NCBI GenBank assembly: GCA_934167495.1 | Contig: CAKPKP010000001.1 | Coordinates: 133,407-197,406, forward strand | Origin: an uncultured Clostridia bacterium | Lineage (GTDB): Bacteria > Bacillota > Clostridia > TANB77 > CAG-508 | DNA length: 64,000 nt | Direction of reading: 5' to 3' | In this document: piece by piece, positions 19,378 through 30,163 of the stretch | Layout: the number at the start of each line of letters is the position of its first letter | Numbering within the stretch: the stretch's first letter is position 1 | The notes under the pieces: model-generated | The model's input: only the letters and a program-made list of their open reading frames with translations | What the model was told of the DNA's origin: nothing | Databases searched by the model: none | Program-made: the position numbers and the translations under genes

Positions 19378-20700
19378 ATGCCAAAACCAGTTGTTGCAAT
19401 AATAGGAAAACCAAATGTAGGAAAATCTAGCTTTTTTAACTATATAGTTGGAAAAAGAATATCAATAGTAGAAGATACACCAGGGGTTACAAGAGATAGA
19501 GTATATGCAGATGCAGTATGGAGAGGAAGAACCTTTTCATTAGTAGATACAGGAGGTATAGAGCCTGAATCAGAAGATGTAATAATAGCGCAAATGAGAG
19601 AGCAAGCCAATATTGCTATTAATATAGCAGATGTTATTATATTTATAACAGACCTAAAACAAGGTGTTACTAGTAGTGATGAAGATATAGCAGTAATGCT
19701 TAGAAAATCTAAAAAGCCTGTTGTATTAGTATGTAACAAAGCAGACAATATAGGTGAGGTTCCACCAGAAGTATATGAGTTTTATAATTTAGGACTTGGA
19801 ACTCCATATCCAATCTCTGCAACTAATGCTCTTGGGTTAGGAGATGTTCTAGATGCAGTATATGAATATTTCCCTGAAAAGACAGAGGATGAAGATGATG
19901 GAAATATAATTAAAGTAGCAATAATAGGAAAACCAAATGTAGGAAAATCATCTTTAGTAAATAAAATTTTAGGAGAAAATAGAACTATAGTTAGTGATAT
20001 AGCGGGAACCACAAGAGATGCAATAGATTCTGAATTTGAAAATCAATATGGTAAATATGTTTTTATTGATACAGCAGGAATTAGAAGAAAGAGTAAAGTA
20101 ACAGAAAAATTAGAGAAATTTAGTATAATGAGAACTTTACTTGCTATAGAAAGAGCAGATGTATGTTTAATGATGATTGATGCTGAAGAAGGTGTCACTG
20201 ATCAAGATGCTAAAATATTAGGTGAAGCACATGAAGCTGGAAAAGGTATTATAATTGTTGTAAATAAATGGGATGCTGTTGAAAAAGAAACAGGAACACT
20301 AGAAAAATACAAAAAAGATATTTACAATAAGTTAAGTTATGCTCAGTATGCTCCAGTAATATTTATTTCAGCTAAAACAGGACAAAGGGTAGATAAACTA
20401 TTTGAAATGATAAATAATGTTGCAGATCAAAATGCTATGAGAGTATCTACATCAGTATTAAATGAAGTTATAAATGAAGCTGTTGCAGTAGTTCAACCAC
20501 CATCAGATAAAGGAAAAAGATTAAAAGTTCTATATGGTACACAAGCATCAACAAAGCCACCAACTTTTGTTATATTTGTAAATAACAAAGAACTATTCCA
20601 TTTTTCATATGAGAGATATCTTGTAAATTGTATAAGAAACAATTTTGGACTAGAAGGTACACCTGTTAGAATAATAGTAAGAGAAAAAAGTGAAAAATAG
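19378..20700 (+). CDS. der: ribosome biogenesis GTPase Der (EngA), tandem GTP-binding domains
   Basis: two G domains GKPNVGKSS..., DTGG/DTAG, NKAD/NKWD, C-terminal KH-like. Confidence 0.92.
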   Translation: MPKPVVAIIGKPNVGKSSFFNYIVGKRISIVEDTPGVTRDRVYADAVWRGRTFSLVDTGGIEPESEDVIIAQMREQANIAINIADVIIFITDLKQGVTSSDEDIAVMLRKSKKPVVLVCNKADNIGEVPPEVYEFYNLGLGTPYPISATNALGLGDVLDAVYEYFPEKTEDEDDGNIIKVAIIGKPNVGKSSLVNKILGENRTIVSDIAGTTRDAIDSEFENQYGKYVFIDTAGIRRKSKVTEKLEKFSIMRTLLAIERADVCLMMIDAEEGVTDQDAKILGEAHEAGKGIIIVVNKWDAVEKETGTLEKYKKDIYNKLSYAQYAPVIFISAKTGQRVDKLFEMINNVADQNAMRVSTSVLNEVINEAVAVVQPPSDKGKRLKVLYGTQASTKPPTFVIFVNNKELFHFSYERYLVNCIRNNFGLEGTPVRIIVREKSEK

Positions 20701-20722
20701 TATTGACAAAATAAAGAAAAAG

Positions 20723-20762
20723 TAATATTGTATTAGTACAAGTAATACAATATTACTTTTTT
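20723..20762 (+). terminator. rho-independent terminator
   Basis: agtaatattgtatt...aatacaatattact + T-run. Confidence 0.5.
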
Positions 20763-20800
20763 ATGTCCAATTGGAAATTTAAAAATTAGGAGGAAAAGCT

Positions 20801-21697
20801 ATGATTGAAATTAAAGACCTAAATAAAACTTTTGCTAATCATAAAGTTTTAGAAAACTTAAATTGTAATATAAAAACAAATTCAATTTACGGTTTAATAG
20901 GTGCAAATGGTGCTGGAAAATCTACACTTTTAAGAATAATTAATGATATCTTTAGAAAAGATAGTGGTACAGTTTTAATAGATGGACAGGAAATTATGAA
21001 TAATGAAGAATTGAAACAAAAACTAGTTTTTATACCAGATGATTTGTATTTTATGCCAAATTATACTTTAAAAGATATGGCAATATTTTATGAAGCTATG
21101 TACAAAAATTTTGATATGAACTATTTACAAGAACTAGCAAAGATATTGAAGCTAGATTTAAAAACTAAAATTCAATCTTTTTCAAAAGGTATGAAAAGAC
21201 AGTGTGCATTAATATGTGCATTAGCAACAAATGCTGATTATATGTTTTTTGATGAAACTTTTGATGGATTGGACCCAGTAGTAAGAAACTTAATGAAAAA
21301 AATAATAGCAAAACAAATGACTAAAAAAGATACAACAATAATAATGACTAGTCACAATCTAAGAGAGCTAGAAGACATATGTGATAATTTAGGATTATTA
21401 TATAAAGGTGGAATACTATTTGAAAGTGATGTAGATACATTAAAAACTAATATGTTTAAAATACAAATATCATTAAAAGATGACTTTGACAAAAATTCAT
21501 TTGAAAAATTAAACATCTTAAGCTTCAAGAAAACAGGTAGTGTAGCTACAATAATTGTAAAAGGAGAAAAAGAGGAATATGAAAAATATTTAAACTCAAT
21601 GAATCCAATTATTTTAGACTTTTTACCATTAACATTAGAAGAAATATTTATCTATGAAATGGAGGTATTAGGTTATGAATTTAATCAAGTTATTTAA
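20801..21697 (+). CDS. ABC transporter ATP-binding protein
   Basis: GANGAGKST Walker A, signature and Walker B present. Confidence 0.8.
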   Translation: MIEIKDLNKTFANHKVLENLNCNIKTNSIYGLIGANGAGKSTLLRIINDIFRKDSGTVLIDGQEIMNNEELKQKLVFIPDDLYFMPNYTLKDMAIFYEAMYKNFDMNYLQELAKILKLDLKTKIQSFSKGMKRQCALICALATNADYMFFDETFDGLDPVVRNLMKKIIAKQMTKKDTTIIMTSHNLRELEDICDNLGLLYKGGILFESDVDTLKTNMFKIQISLKDDFDKNSFEKLNILSFKKTGSVATIIVKGEKEEYEKYLNSMNPIILDFLPLTLEEIFIYEMEVLGYEFNQVI

Positions 21698-23603
21698 TGT
21701 AAAATATTTAATGCAAAACATAAAAAAATCAAAAAATATAATAATATTATGTTTAACAATAATGCCAATATTAAGCGCTATATTACTTACAGTAATAGGA
21801 ACATCTAAAACCTATAGCAGTGTAGTGTCTAGTAAATTAACTATATTAAATATAATAGGAATGTATATAATTCCTGTTGCAATTTCAATGTGTTTATTTG
21901 GATATGTATTTAGAAGAAATAGTGTAGATTTCATAAATTCTATGCCATTAAGCAGAAAAACGATATTTGTAACTAATACAGTGGGTGGAATAATACTAAT
22001 AGCATTAACACAATTATTAGCATTAATATTAACATGGATAGTAAGCTTATTTTTCACTCAAATAATTATTTTTAATGGTTATTTAATAGATATATTTTTT
22101 ATAATGTTAGTGTCTTATATATTTGTTTTTACATCAGCTAACTTAGCAATGACTATATCTGGAAATTATTTAACTCAAATAGCAGTTACTTTATTAATAT
22201 TATTTTTAATACCTTTTTCAATAGATGCATTTAATGGGTTCTCAAGTTATAAAAATATAAAGTTAGAAAATACATCATACGAATTTTCAGGTCAAGTATC
22301 ATCAAGTTATGAATATACAGAACCATATAAAATACTTTCAAGTTTGATTGTTTCTTCAAGAAATGAAATATTTAATTTTAAAACAATGTGCAATATGCTT
22401 ATATTAACTATAGTGTATATAGCATTAGGAATGATATTGTTTGAAAAAAGAAAAATGGAAAATACAGAGGAATCTTTTGCAAATGTATATGTGCATTTAT
22501 TCGTAAAAATGTTAACATTAATACCATTCGTAGTCTTGATAAATTTTATTGATTCAACAACTACAGTGTTTATTTTCGAAGTGGCTTTAATTGCAATATA
22601 TTATTTTGTATATGACTTAGTAACAAAAAGAAAAGTTAAATTCTTATTATCAGTAGTAAGTTTTGCGGTTTCATTAGTAATTTTGTTATCAATTTGCAAA
22701 ATAGTAGGAGAAAAAGAAAAAAATTATATATTTGAACTAAAAAACATAGAAAAAATTTCTATAAACTTATCAGATTCTAATGCTATATATATTTCAGATA
22801 AGGATATAATTAATTATGTTTATAAAAATATAGAGAACAAAGCAACTTACGATTATGGTTACAGATATTATTCAAATAATCCAGTTAGTTCAGTAAACAT
22901 ATATCCTATAGAATGTAGTTTTAAAATGAAGGATGGAAATGAAGTAAAATTTACATTAAGATTAGAGAAATCTGCAAAAGAAGAGTTAAATAATAAATTA
23001 CTAAATTCAGAGGAATATAAAAAAGAAAAGAAAAGTAAATTTGAATTTCCTGATAATGCAGTATACTATTTTAGAGAAAATAGACTCAATGAAGATGAAA
23101 TTAAAATATTAAAAAGAGAAATAGAAAAATCATTAGATAATGTTGATGAATTAACAACATACTATTATAGTCAATATAATTTCTCAATATATGCATACAA
23201 AAATCATAATGTAATAGAAATAAATTTACCAATAACATTAACAGAAGATACATTTAAAGTTATAACAAAAAATGCTAATATGAAAGCATATGAGAGTGTT
23301 AAAAATAATAAAGTTATAAGTTGTGGATTAGCTAATTTGGGTGAATATGCGGATGATGAACCTATGTATTATGATGCGATTAGATATTGCACGGACGATT
23401 TTACAAAATTTATAGAGCAAAATTATAATGATGTTTGTGACATGAATTCAAAATATTATGTAATATACCTTTATTCTGATATTGGAAAAGGAGAAAGTTT
23501 CTTTACAAACAAGATAGAAGAAATAAATAAAATACTAGAAAATGCCATTTTAAACAATAAAGATGAATTTCAGTATTATTATGATACAGTAGAAGTTTAT
23601 TAA
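21675..23603 (+). CDS. ABC-2-type permease-like membrane protein with large C-terminal soluble domain
   Basis: 6+ TM N-terminal half, ~350 aa hydrophilic C-terminal half; overlaps ATPase gene end. Confidence 0.45.
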   Translation: MNLIKLFNVKYLMQNIKKSKNIIILCLTIMPILSAILLTVIGTSKTYSSVVSSKLTILNIIGMYIIPVAISMCLFGYVFRRNSVDFINSMPLSRKTIFVTNTVGGIILIALTQLLALILTWIVSLFFTQIIIFNGYLIDIFFIMLVSYIFVFTSANLAMTISGNYLTQIAVTLLILFLIPFSIDAFNGFSSYKNIKLENTSYEFSGQVSSSYEYTEPYKILSSLIVSSRNEIFNFKTMCNMLILTIVYIALGMILFEKRKMENTEESFANVYVHLFVKMLTLIPFVVLINFIDSTTTVFIFEVALIAIYYFVYDLVTKRKVKFLLSVVSFAVSLVILLSICKIVGEKEKNYIFELKNIEKISINLSDSNAIYISDKDIINYVYKNIENKATYDYGYRYYSNNPVSSVNIYPIECSFKMKDGNEVKFTLRLEKSAKEELNNKLLNSEEYKKEKKSKFEFPDNAVYYFRENRLNEDEIKILKREIEKSLDNVDELTTYYYSQYNFSIYAYKNHNVIEINLPITLTEDTFKVITKNANMKAYESVKNNKVISCGLANLGEYADDEPMYYDAIRYCTDDFTKFIEQNYNDVCDMNSKYYVIYLYSDIGKGESFFTNKIEEINKILENAILNNKDEFQYYYDTVEVY

Positions 23604-23619
23604 AATAGGAGGGATATAA

Positions 23620-23973
23620 ATGCTAATAAATTTAAATTATCAAAGCAGAACTCCTATATATGAACAAATAGTTGATGAAATAGAAAGATATGTTGTATTA
23701 GGAGTTTTAAAACCAAATGAACAAATTTCAGCTATTAGAGAATTAGCTGTTGAACTAGGAGTAAATCCAAATACAGTAAAAAAAGCATATGATGAATTAG
23801 AAAGAAAAAAAGTTATTGTAACTTTATCTACTAAAGGAAGTTATATATCAGCCAATGTAGATAATATAATAAATGAAAAAATAAATGTAAAAATAGAAAA
23901 GATAAATGAAATTATAAAAGAACTAGAAATATTAGGATTATCTAAAGAGGATATAATTCAAAAATTAAAATAA
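23620..23973 (+). CDS. GntR-family (YtrA-like short) transcriptional regulator
   Basis: 117 aa winged HTH: ISAIRELAVELGVNPNTVKKAYDELE. Confidence 0.7.
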   Translation: MLINLNYQSRTPIYEQIVDEIERYVVLGVLKPNEQISAIRELAVELGVNPNTVKKAYDELERKKVIVTLSTKGSYISANVDNIINEKINVKIEKINEIIKELEILGLSKEDIIQKLK

Positions 23974-23984
23974 AAAATTCACAC

Positions 23985-24030
23985 AAAAACTATAATTATG
24001 TGTTATAATACATAATTATAGTTTTTTCTA
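23985..24030 (+). terminator. rho-independent terminator
   Basis: ctataattatg-tgttataataca-taattatag + T6. Confidence 0.5.
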
Positions 24031-24225
24031 TTATAGGAAAGTTCTCTGAACTTCCTATAATAGAAATATATTGCACAGAAATTTGCTTTGCAAATTTCGC
24101 ACACGAACAAAGACGCGGACTTCAAAATGTTTTAATAAGTGCAAAAGCTATTAATGTCCGCTTTTGTTCTCTAATAGGAAATTACTTTGAATTTCTTATC
24201 ATATAAATACTTTATGCAGGAGGAT
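24029..24225 (+). repeat. dispersed structured intergenic repeat, copy 2 (variant B with GAACAAAGACGCGGAC...GTCCGCTTTTGTTC long hairpin, plus second degenerate H1)
   Basis: near-identical to copy 5 over ~140 nt. Confidence 0.6.
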
Positions 24226-24231
24226 AAATAA

Positions 24232-24933
24232 ATGAGTTATATAGAATTTAAAAATGTATGTAAAGAATATATAATGGGAGAAATGAAAATAAAAGCACTA
24301 GATAATACTAATTTTTCAATAGAAAAAGGAGAATTAGTAGTTATAGTTGGACCTAGTGGGGCTGGAAAAACTACAACCTTAAATATACTTGGCGGAATGG
24401 ATACAGCAACATCAGGTAGCGTAATAGTAGATGAAAAAGATGTAACTAAATTAAAAAATAAAGAGTTAATAAAATATAGAAGAGAAGATATAGGGTTTGT
24501 ATTTCAATTTTATAATTTAGTTCAGAATTTAACAGCTTTGGAAAATGTAGAACTTGCAACTCAGATTTGTTCAGATGCATTAGATCCAAAAGAGGTATTA
24601 GAAAAGGTTGGATTAAAAGATAGATTAAAAAATTTCCCATCACAATTATCTGGAGGAGAACAACAAAGAGTTGCTATAGCAAGAGCTATAGCAAAAAATC
24701 CAAAGTTATTACTTTGTGATGAGCCAACAGGCGCTTTAGATTATAATACTGGAAAACAAATACTTAAATTATTACAAGACACATGTAGAAAAGAAAATAT
24801 GACTGTCGTAATAATAACTCATAATACAGCAATAGCTCCTATGGCAGATAAAGTTATACATTTTAAAAATGGAACAGCATCTAATATAGAAATAAATAAA
24901 GAACCAATATCAATCGAAAGGATAGAGTGGTAA
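24232..24933 (+). CDS. MacB/FtsE-type ABC transporter ATP-binding protein
   Basis: [23 protein letters not shown]. Confidence 0.85.
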   Translation: MSYIEFKNVCKEYIMGEMKIKALDNTNFSIEKGELVVIVGPSGAGKTTTLNILGGMDTATSGSVIVDEKDVTKLKNKELIKYRREDIGFVFQFYNLVQNLTALENVELATQICSDALDPKEVLEKVGLKDRLKNFPSQLSGGEQQRVAIARAIAKNPKLLLCDEPTGALDYNTGKQILKLLQDTCRKENMTVVIITHNTAIAPMADKVIHFKNGTASNIEINKEPISIERIEW

Positions 24934-27900
24934 TGAAAAGAGCATTAGTTAAAGATAGTGTAAAACAAATAAAAAATACTTTTAAAAGATATATATCAAT
25001 TTTACTAATGGCCTTACTTGGAGTTGGATTTTTTGCAGGAATAAAAGCAACTAGTCCAGATATGCAAAAAACATTGGATTCATATTTTGATAACCAAAAT
25101 GTATATGATATTCAAGTAGTATCTACATTAGGAATTACAAAAGATGATATAGAGGCAGTAAAAAATTTAGATAACATAGAAGAAGTTTTAGGCGTATACA
25201 GTAAAGATGAAATTGTAAAAATAGGTGATGAAGAAAAAATAATTAAAATAATTTCATACTCACAAGATACTAATGCATTAAATAAATTCGATTTAACGAA
25301 TGGTTCACTTCCAGAAAATAGTGATGAATGTATTGTAGAGCAATATTTTCTAGATTTTTTAAATAAATCAATAGGTGATTATATAGAGATAGAAGATGAG
25401 GATAACACTCTTAACAATAAAAAACTAAAAATAGTTGGCGTGGCTAATAGTCCTTTGTATATATCAAGAGATAGAGGAACAAGTAAGTTAGGCTCTGGAA
25501 AAATCAATTATTATTTGTATGTACCAGATACTAATATTAATTCTGATATATATACTGAATTATATGCAACCGTGAAGGGTGCAAAAGATGTTTTATGTTT
25601 TAGTGATGAATATGATAAATTAATTGAAGAAGCAAAAAGTGAAGTAGAAGGTATTAAAGGGCAAAGAGAAAAAGCTAGATATGATGAAATAATTGGTACT
25701 GCTACAAAAGAATTAAATGAAGCACAGGAAAAATTTGATAATGAAAAACAAGAGGCAGAAAGTCAAATAGAAGAAGCGGAAAATCAAATTGAAGAAAATA
25801 GGCAAAAATTAGAGGATGCAGAAAATGAAATTGCTTATAACAGAGTAAAAGCTAATAAGGAATTTGAAAATGCGGAAAGTCAAATAGAGGAAGCAGAAAA
25901 TCAATTAGTAATAGCAGAAGAAGAATTTAATTCAAAAAAAGATTTAATATTTTCAAAAAAGGAAGATGCTGAATCAACATTAGCTACATTAAATGAGAAT
26001 CTAGACAATCTAGAAAAAAATATAGAAGAAATGAAAAAAAGAGCAGATGAAACTGAAGATGAAAAATTAAAGGTAGTTATAGAAACACAAATATTGTTGC
26101 TTGAAACAAATAAAACAAATTTAGAAGTATCAATAAATGTTATACAAAATACTATAGATACATTAGAAAAACAGTTTAATGATGCTGAACAAAAAATAAT
26201 AGATGGAAAAAATGAAATTGAAGCAAAGAAAGCAGAATTAGAAGAGACAAAAGAAAGTACATATGCTGAACTTGCAAGTGCGACATGGAAGGTTAATAAT
26301 GGAAAACAAGAATTGCAAGATGCAGAAGAAACATTAGCAGAGAATAAGATAGAATTTGAAGAAAAAATAAAAGAAGCGGAAATAAAATTATTAGATGCAA
26401 AAGAAAAAATTAACGATATTGAAAATCCAAAATGGTATATTCTAGATAGAACCAGCAATGCTGGATATAAAGGATATTATGATGATACCCAAAGTATATT
26501 AAACATTGGAAAAGTATTTCCTCTTGTGTTTTTCGTTGTAGCTACATTAATAAGCTTAACATCTATGACAAGAATGGTTGAAGAGCAAAGAGTTCAAATT
26601 GGAACATTAAAAGCTTTAGGATACAATAAATTACAAATTGCAATGAAATATATAATATATTCAGGTAGTGCTACTTTAATAGGTGGATTTTTAGGAATGT
26701 GTATAGGTTTTCCAACTCTTCCAAGAATAGTATTTATAATGTATGCAATGATGTATACATTACCAGATATAATAATAGAATTCAATACTTATTATGCAAC
26801 GGTAGGATTATCTATAGCAAGTTTATGTATAGTAGGAGCAACTATATATTCATGTATAAGAGAATTAAACCAAGAACCTGCTGTACTTATGAGACCAAAA
26901 GCACCTAAAGCAGGAAAAAGAGTATTACTAGAAAAAATACCGTTTATCTGGAGTCATTTAAGCTTTAATGGAAAAGTAACAGTAAGGAATATATTTAGAT
27001 ATAAAAAGAGATTTTTAATGACAATAATAGGTATAGCAGGCTGTACAGCACTAATAGTAGCTGGATTTGGACTAAGAGATTCAATATCAAGCATATTACC
27101 AATTCAATTTGGTGAATTAAGTAATTATGAATTTATGGCTAATTTAAAAAGTTCAATTACATTGTCAGATGTAGAAAATCTTCAAACAGATTTATTAACA
27201 AATGAGAAAATAACAGATTTAACTAAGGCATATTTTCAATCTGGAAAAATTTATAATGATGAAAAAGACCAAGACGTACAAATAATAGTTCCAGAAGATA
27301 AGCAAAAATTTAAAGAATTTGTAAAAATGCGTTCAACTAACAGAAAAGAAGAATATAACATAGATAACAATACTATCATTTTAACACAAAAAGCGGCAAA
27401 ATTATTAAATATAAAAGAAGGAGATAAAATCACTTTAGAAAATAGTGATAATTCTCAAGTTGAAGTAAAAGTTGGAAAGATAATTGAAAATTATATATAT
27501 CATTATGTATACATGTCAGAAAACTTGTATAAACAATTATATGGTGAATTTGATTATAATGTTTTATATATTAAATCAATTGATTTAAACGAAGAAGATG
27601 AAAGTAATTTAGCAAAAGAAATTTTAAATGATTATAGAGTTTCAGCAATTACAACTACAAGCTCACTACTTAACTCAATGGACGAAACTATGGAATGTTT
27701 AAACTATGTAGTATGGATTTTAATTATATCTGCAGGACTATTAGCATTTGTTGTTTTATATAACTTATCAAATGTAAATATAAGTGAAAGAATAAGAGAA
27801 CTTGCTACAATAAAAGTATTAGGATTTTATGATAAAGAGGTTTATGATTATGTAATAAGAGAAACAATATTGCTTACAGCAATAGGAATAATAATAGGTT

Positions 27901-28100
27901 TATTATTTGGATATTTATTAAACTTTTACATATTACAGACATGTGAATTAAATTATGTTATGTTTTATAAATTTGTTAAACCAATAAGTTATGTATATGC
28001 AATTGCAATAACAATAATTTTTACTGAAATAGTTAATTTAGTTACATTCAAATTTTTGAAAAAAATAGATATGATAGAATCTTTAAAAAGTGTAGAGTAA
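24933..28100 (+). CDS. FtsX/MacB-family ABC permease (two FtsX 4-TM modules) with ~450 aa extracytoplasmic coiled-coil insert
   Basis: TAATG overlap with ATPase; long heptad region QIEEAENQIEENRQKLEDAENEI...; C-terminal FtsX domain. Confidence 0.7.
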   Translation: MKRALVKDSVKQIKNTFKRYISILLMALLGVGFFAGIKATSPDMQKTLDSYFDNQNVYDIQVVSTLGITKDDIEAVKNLDNIEEVLGVYSKDEIVKIGDEEKIIKIISYSQDTNALNKFDLTNGSLPENSDECIVEQYFLDFLNKSIGDYIEIEDEDNTLNNKKLKIVGVANSPLYISRDRGTSKLGSGKINYYLYVPDTNINSDIYTELYATVKGAKDVLCFSDEYDKLIEEAKSEVEGIKGQREKARYDEIIGTATKELNEAQEKFDNEKQEAESQIEEAENQIEENRQKLEDAENEIAYNRVKANKEFENAESQIEEAENQLVIAEEEFNSKKDLIFSKKEDAESTLATLNENLDNLEKNIEEMKKRADETEDEKLKVVIETQILLLETNKTNLEVSINVIQNTIDTLEKQFNDAEQKIIDGKNEIEAKKAELEETKESTYAELASATWKVNNGKQELQDAEETLAENKIEFEEKIKEAEIKLLDAKEKINDIENPKWYILDRTSNAGYKGYYDDTQSILNIGKVFPLVFFVVATLISLTSMTRMVEEQRVQIGTLKALGYNKLQIAMKYIIYSGSATLIGGFLGMCIGFPTLPRIVFIMYAMMYTLPDIIIEFNTYYATVGLSIASLCIVGATIYSCIRELNQEPAVLMRPKAPKAGKRVLLEKIPFIWSHLSFNGKVTVRNIFRYKKRFLMTIIGIAGCTALIVAGFGLRDSISSILPIQFGELSNYEFMANLKSSITLSDVENLQTDLLTNEKITDLTKAYFQSGKIYNDEKDQDVQIIVPEDKQKFKEFVKMRSTNRKEEYNIDNNTIILTQKAAKLLNIKEGDKITLENSDNSQVEVKVGKIIENYIYHYVYMSENLYKQLYGEFDYNVLYIKSIDLNEEDESNLAKEILNDYRVSAITTTSSLLNSMDETMECLNYVVWILIISAGLLAFVVLYNLSNVNISERIRELATIKVLGFYDKEVYDYVIRETILLTAIGIIIGLLFGYLLNFYILQTCELNYVMFYKFVKPISYVYAIAITIIFTEIVNLVTFKFLKKIDMIESLKSVE

Positions 28101-28231
28101 AAGCAGTGATATAAACACAGATTGATGAAAAAATAGTAATTTTTCTATTGAAACTGTAATATAATTGTGATACAATAATCATACTTGTAAAAAAGTATAT
28201 AAAAATAAATGTAGTTATATAGGAGGTACTT

Positions 28232-28924
28232 ATGATTTATTCAAAAGAATTAGAAGGAATGTGTACAGTAGCTAAAGGTGTAGACCATGGACCAGCACCA
28301 ATTCCAGAAGAAGGAAAATGGGTAAAAGCTAAAGAAATAAAAGATATTTCAGGATTAACACATGGTATTGGATGGTGTGCTCCACAACAAGGAGCTTGTA
28401 AATTAACTCTAAATGTAAAAGAGGGAATAATCCAAGAAGCTTTAGTAGAAACAGTAGGATGTTCAGGAATGACACATTCAGCAGCAATGGCTGGAGAAAT
28501 TTTAGTAGGAAAAACAATATTAGAAGCTCTTAATACAGACTTAGTTTGTGATGCTATTAATACAGCAATGAGAGAATTATTTTTACAAATAGTATATGGT
28601 AGAACTCAATCTGCATTTTCAGAAGGAGGACTTCCAGTAGGAGCAGGACTTGAAGACTTAGGAAAAGGACATAGAAGCCAAGTAGGAACAATATATTCAA
28701 GTAAATTAAAAGGACCTAGATACTTAGAACTTGCAGAAGGTTACATAGTAGAAATTGGTTTAGACAAAGATGATCAAATAATAGGATATAAATATGTTAA
28801 TTTAGGAAAAATGATGGAAAACATCAAAAAAGGAATAGAACCAACAGAAGCTATAGAAAAAGCTTCAGGAAAATATGGAAGATTTGATGAAGCTGTTAAG
28901 AAAATAGATCCTAGACAAGAATAA
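28232..28924 (+). CDS. NifU-N-like Cys-containing protein, partner of GGGtGRT protein
   Basis: GWCAPQQGACKL and VGCSGMTHSAAMAGE cysteine motifs; strong RBS; biased codon usage. Confidence 0.45.
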   Translation: MIYSKELEGMCTVAKGVDHGPAPIPEEGKWVKAKEIKDISGLTHGIGWCAPQQGACKLTLNVKEGIIQEALVETVGCSGMTHSAAMAGEILVGKTILEALNTDLVCDAINTAMRELFLQIVYGRTQSAFSEGGLPVGAGLEDLGKGHRSQVGTIYSSKLKGPRYLELAEGYIVEIGLDKDDQIIGYKYVNLGKMMENIKKGIEPTEAIEKASGKYGRFDEAVKKIDPRQE

Positions 28925-28965
28925 TGTAAAAATAGTTATAATATAAAAAATGAGGAGGAATAAAG

Positions 28966-29967
28966 ATGGCAGTAACATTTGAAAGTTATGAAAGAAGAAT
29001 AGAACAAATTAAGCCAGTAATGGAAAAATACGGAATAAAAGATTTTGAAGATGCTTTAGAAATATGTAAAAATAAAGGATTTAATCCATATGAAATAGTA
29101 AAAGGAGTACAACCAATATGCTTTGAAAATGCAGCTTGGGCATATACATTAGGAGCTGCAATAGCTATAAAAAAAGGATGTACAAAAGCTGCAGACGCAG
29201 CAAAAGCAATAGGTGAAGGATTACAAGCTTTTTGTATTCCAGGATCAGTTGCAGATGATAGAAAAGTTGGATTAGGACATGGAAACTTAGCATCAATGTT
29301 ATTATCAGAAGAAACAAAATGTTTTGCTTTCTTAGCAGGACATGAAAGCTTTGCAGCAGCTGAAGGTGCTATCGGAATAGCAAGATCAGCTAATAAAGTA
29401 AGAAAAGAACCATTAAGAGTTATATTAAATGGTTTAGGAAAAGATGCTGCACAAATAATATCAAGAATAAATGGATTTACATATGTAAAAACAGATTTTG
29501 ACTTTTTCACTGGAAAAGTAAAAGTAGTAGAAGAAATTGCTTATTCAGATGGAGAAAGAAGTAAAGTTAGATGTTATGGTGCTAATGATGTTAGAGAAGG
29601 TGTAGCTATAATGCATTTAGAAGGCGTAGATGTATCTATTACAGGAAATTCTACAAACCCAACAAGATTCCAACATCCAGTAGCAGGAACATACAAAAAA
29701 GAATGTATAGAACAAGGAAAGAAATATTTCTCAGTTGCATCAGGTGGTGGAACAGGAAGAACATTACATCCAGATAACATGGCAGCAGGACCTGCTTCAT
29801 ATGGTATGACAGATACAATGGGAAGAATGCATTCAGATGCACAATTTGCAGGATCATCATCAGTTCCAGCTCACGTTGAAATGATGGGATTAATAGGAAT
29901 GGGTAACAACCCAATGGTTGGAGCTACAGTTGCAGTTGCAGTTGCATGCGAAGAAGCAATGAAATAA
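28966..29967 (+). CDS. GGGtGRT family protein (uncharacterised)
   Basis: literal SGGGTGRTLHPDNM motif; GAGGAGG RBS. Confidence 0.6.
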   Translation: MAVTFESYERRIEQIKPVMEKYGIKDFEDALEICKNKGFNPYEIVKGVQPICFENAAWAYTLGAAIAIKKGCTKAADAAKAIGEGLQAFCIPGSVADDRKVGLGHGNLASMLLSEETKCFAFLAGHESFAAAEGAIGIARSANKVRKEPLRVILNGLGKDAAQIISRINGFTYVKTDFDFFTGKVKVVEEIAYSDGERSKVRCYGANDVREGVAIMHLEGVDVSITGNSTNPTRFQHPVAGTYKKECIEQGKKYFSVASGGGTGRTLHPDNMAAGPASYGMTDTMGRMHSDAQFAGSSSVPAHVEMMGLIGMGNNPMVGATVAVAVACEEAMK

Positions 29968-29993
29968 TTAATTGTAAAACAAAATAGAAGTAA

Positions 29994-30026
29994 AAACAGA
30001 TATTTTTATAAATATCTGTTTTTTTG
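29994..30026 (+). terminator. rho-independent terminator
   Basis: aaaacagatattt-ttat-aaatatctgttttttt. Confidence 0.6.
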
Positions 30027-30088
30027 TCTAATAGGAAATTTCTCTGAAATTCCTATTAGACAAATACTTTGTACAGAAATTTTGTCCT
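30026..30088 (+). repeat. dispersed intergenic repeat, copy 3 (truncated after H2 start)
   Basis: gtctaataggaaatttctctgaaattcctattagac + aaatactttgtacagaaattt. Confidence 0.5.
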
Positions 30089-30095
30089 AAAAGTA

Positions 30096-30124
30096 TTGAC
30101 ATTACTAGAAATAATACATATAAT
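30096..30124 (+). promoter_or_regulatory. consensus sigma-A promoter TTGACA-17-TATAAT for sigH
   Basis: exact consensus hexamers with 17-nt spacer. Confidence 0.55.
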
Positions 30125-30163
30125 AGCCCTAGAATACAACATAGGAGGTATCTTTAGGTTATT

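Noticed and set aside
25720-26450. Internal direct repeats in the FtsX permease gene
   Set aside because: Heptad coiled-coil coding repeats (QIEEAENQIEE), in frame, not a mobile element.
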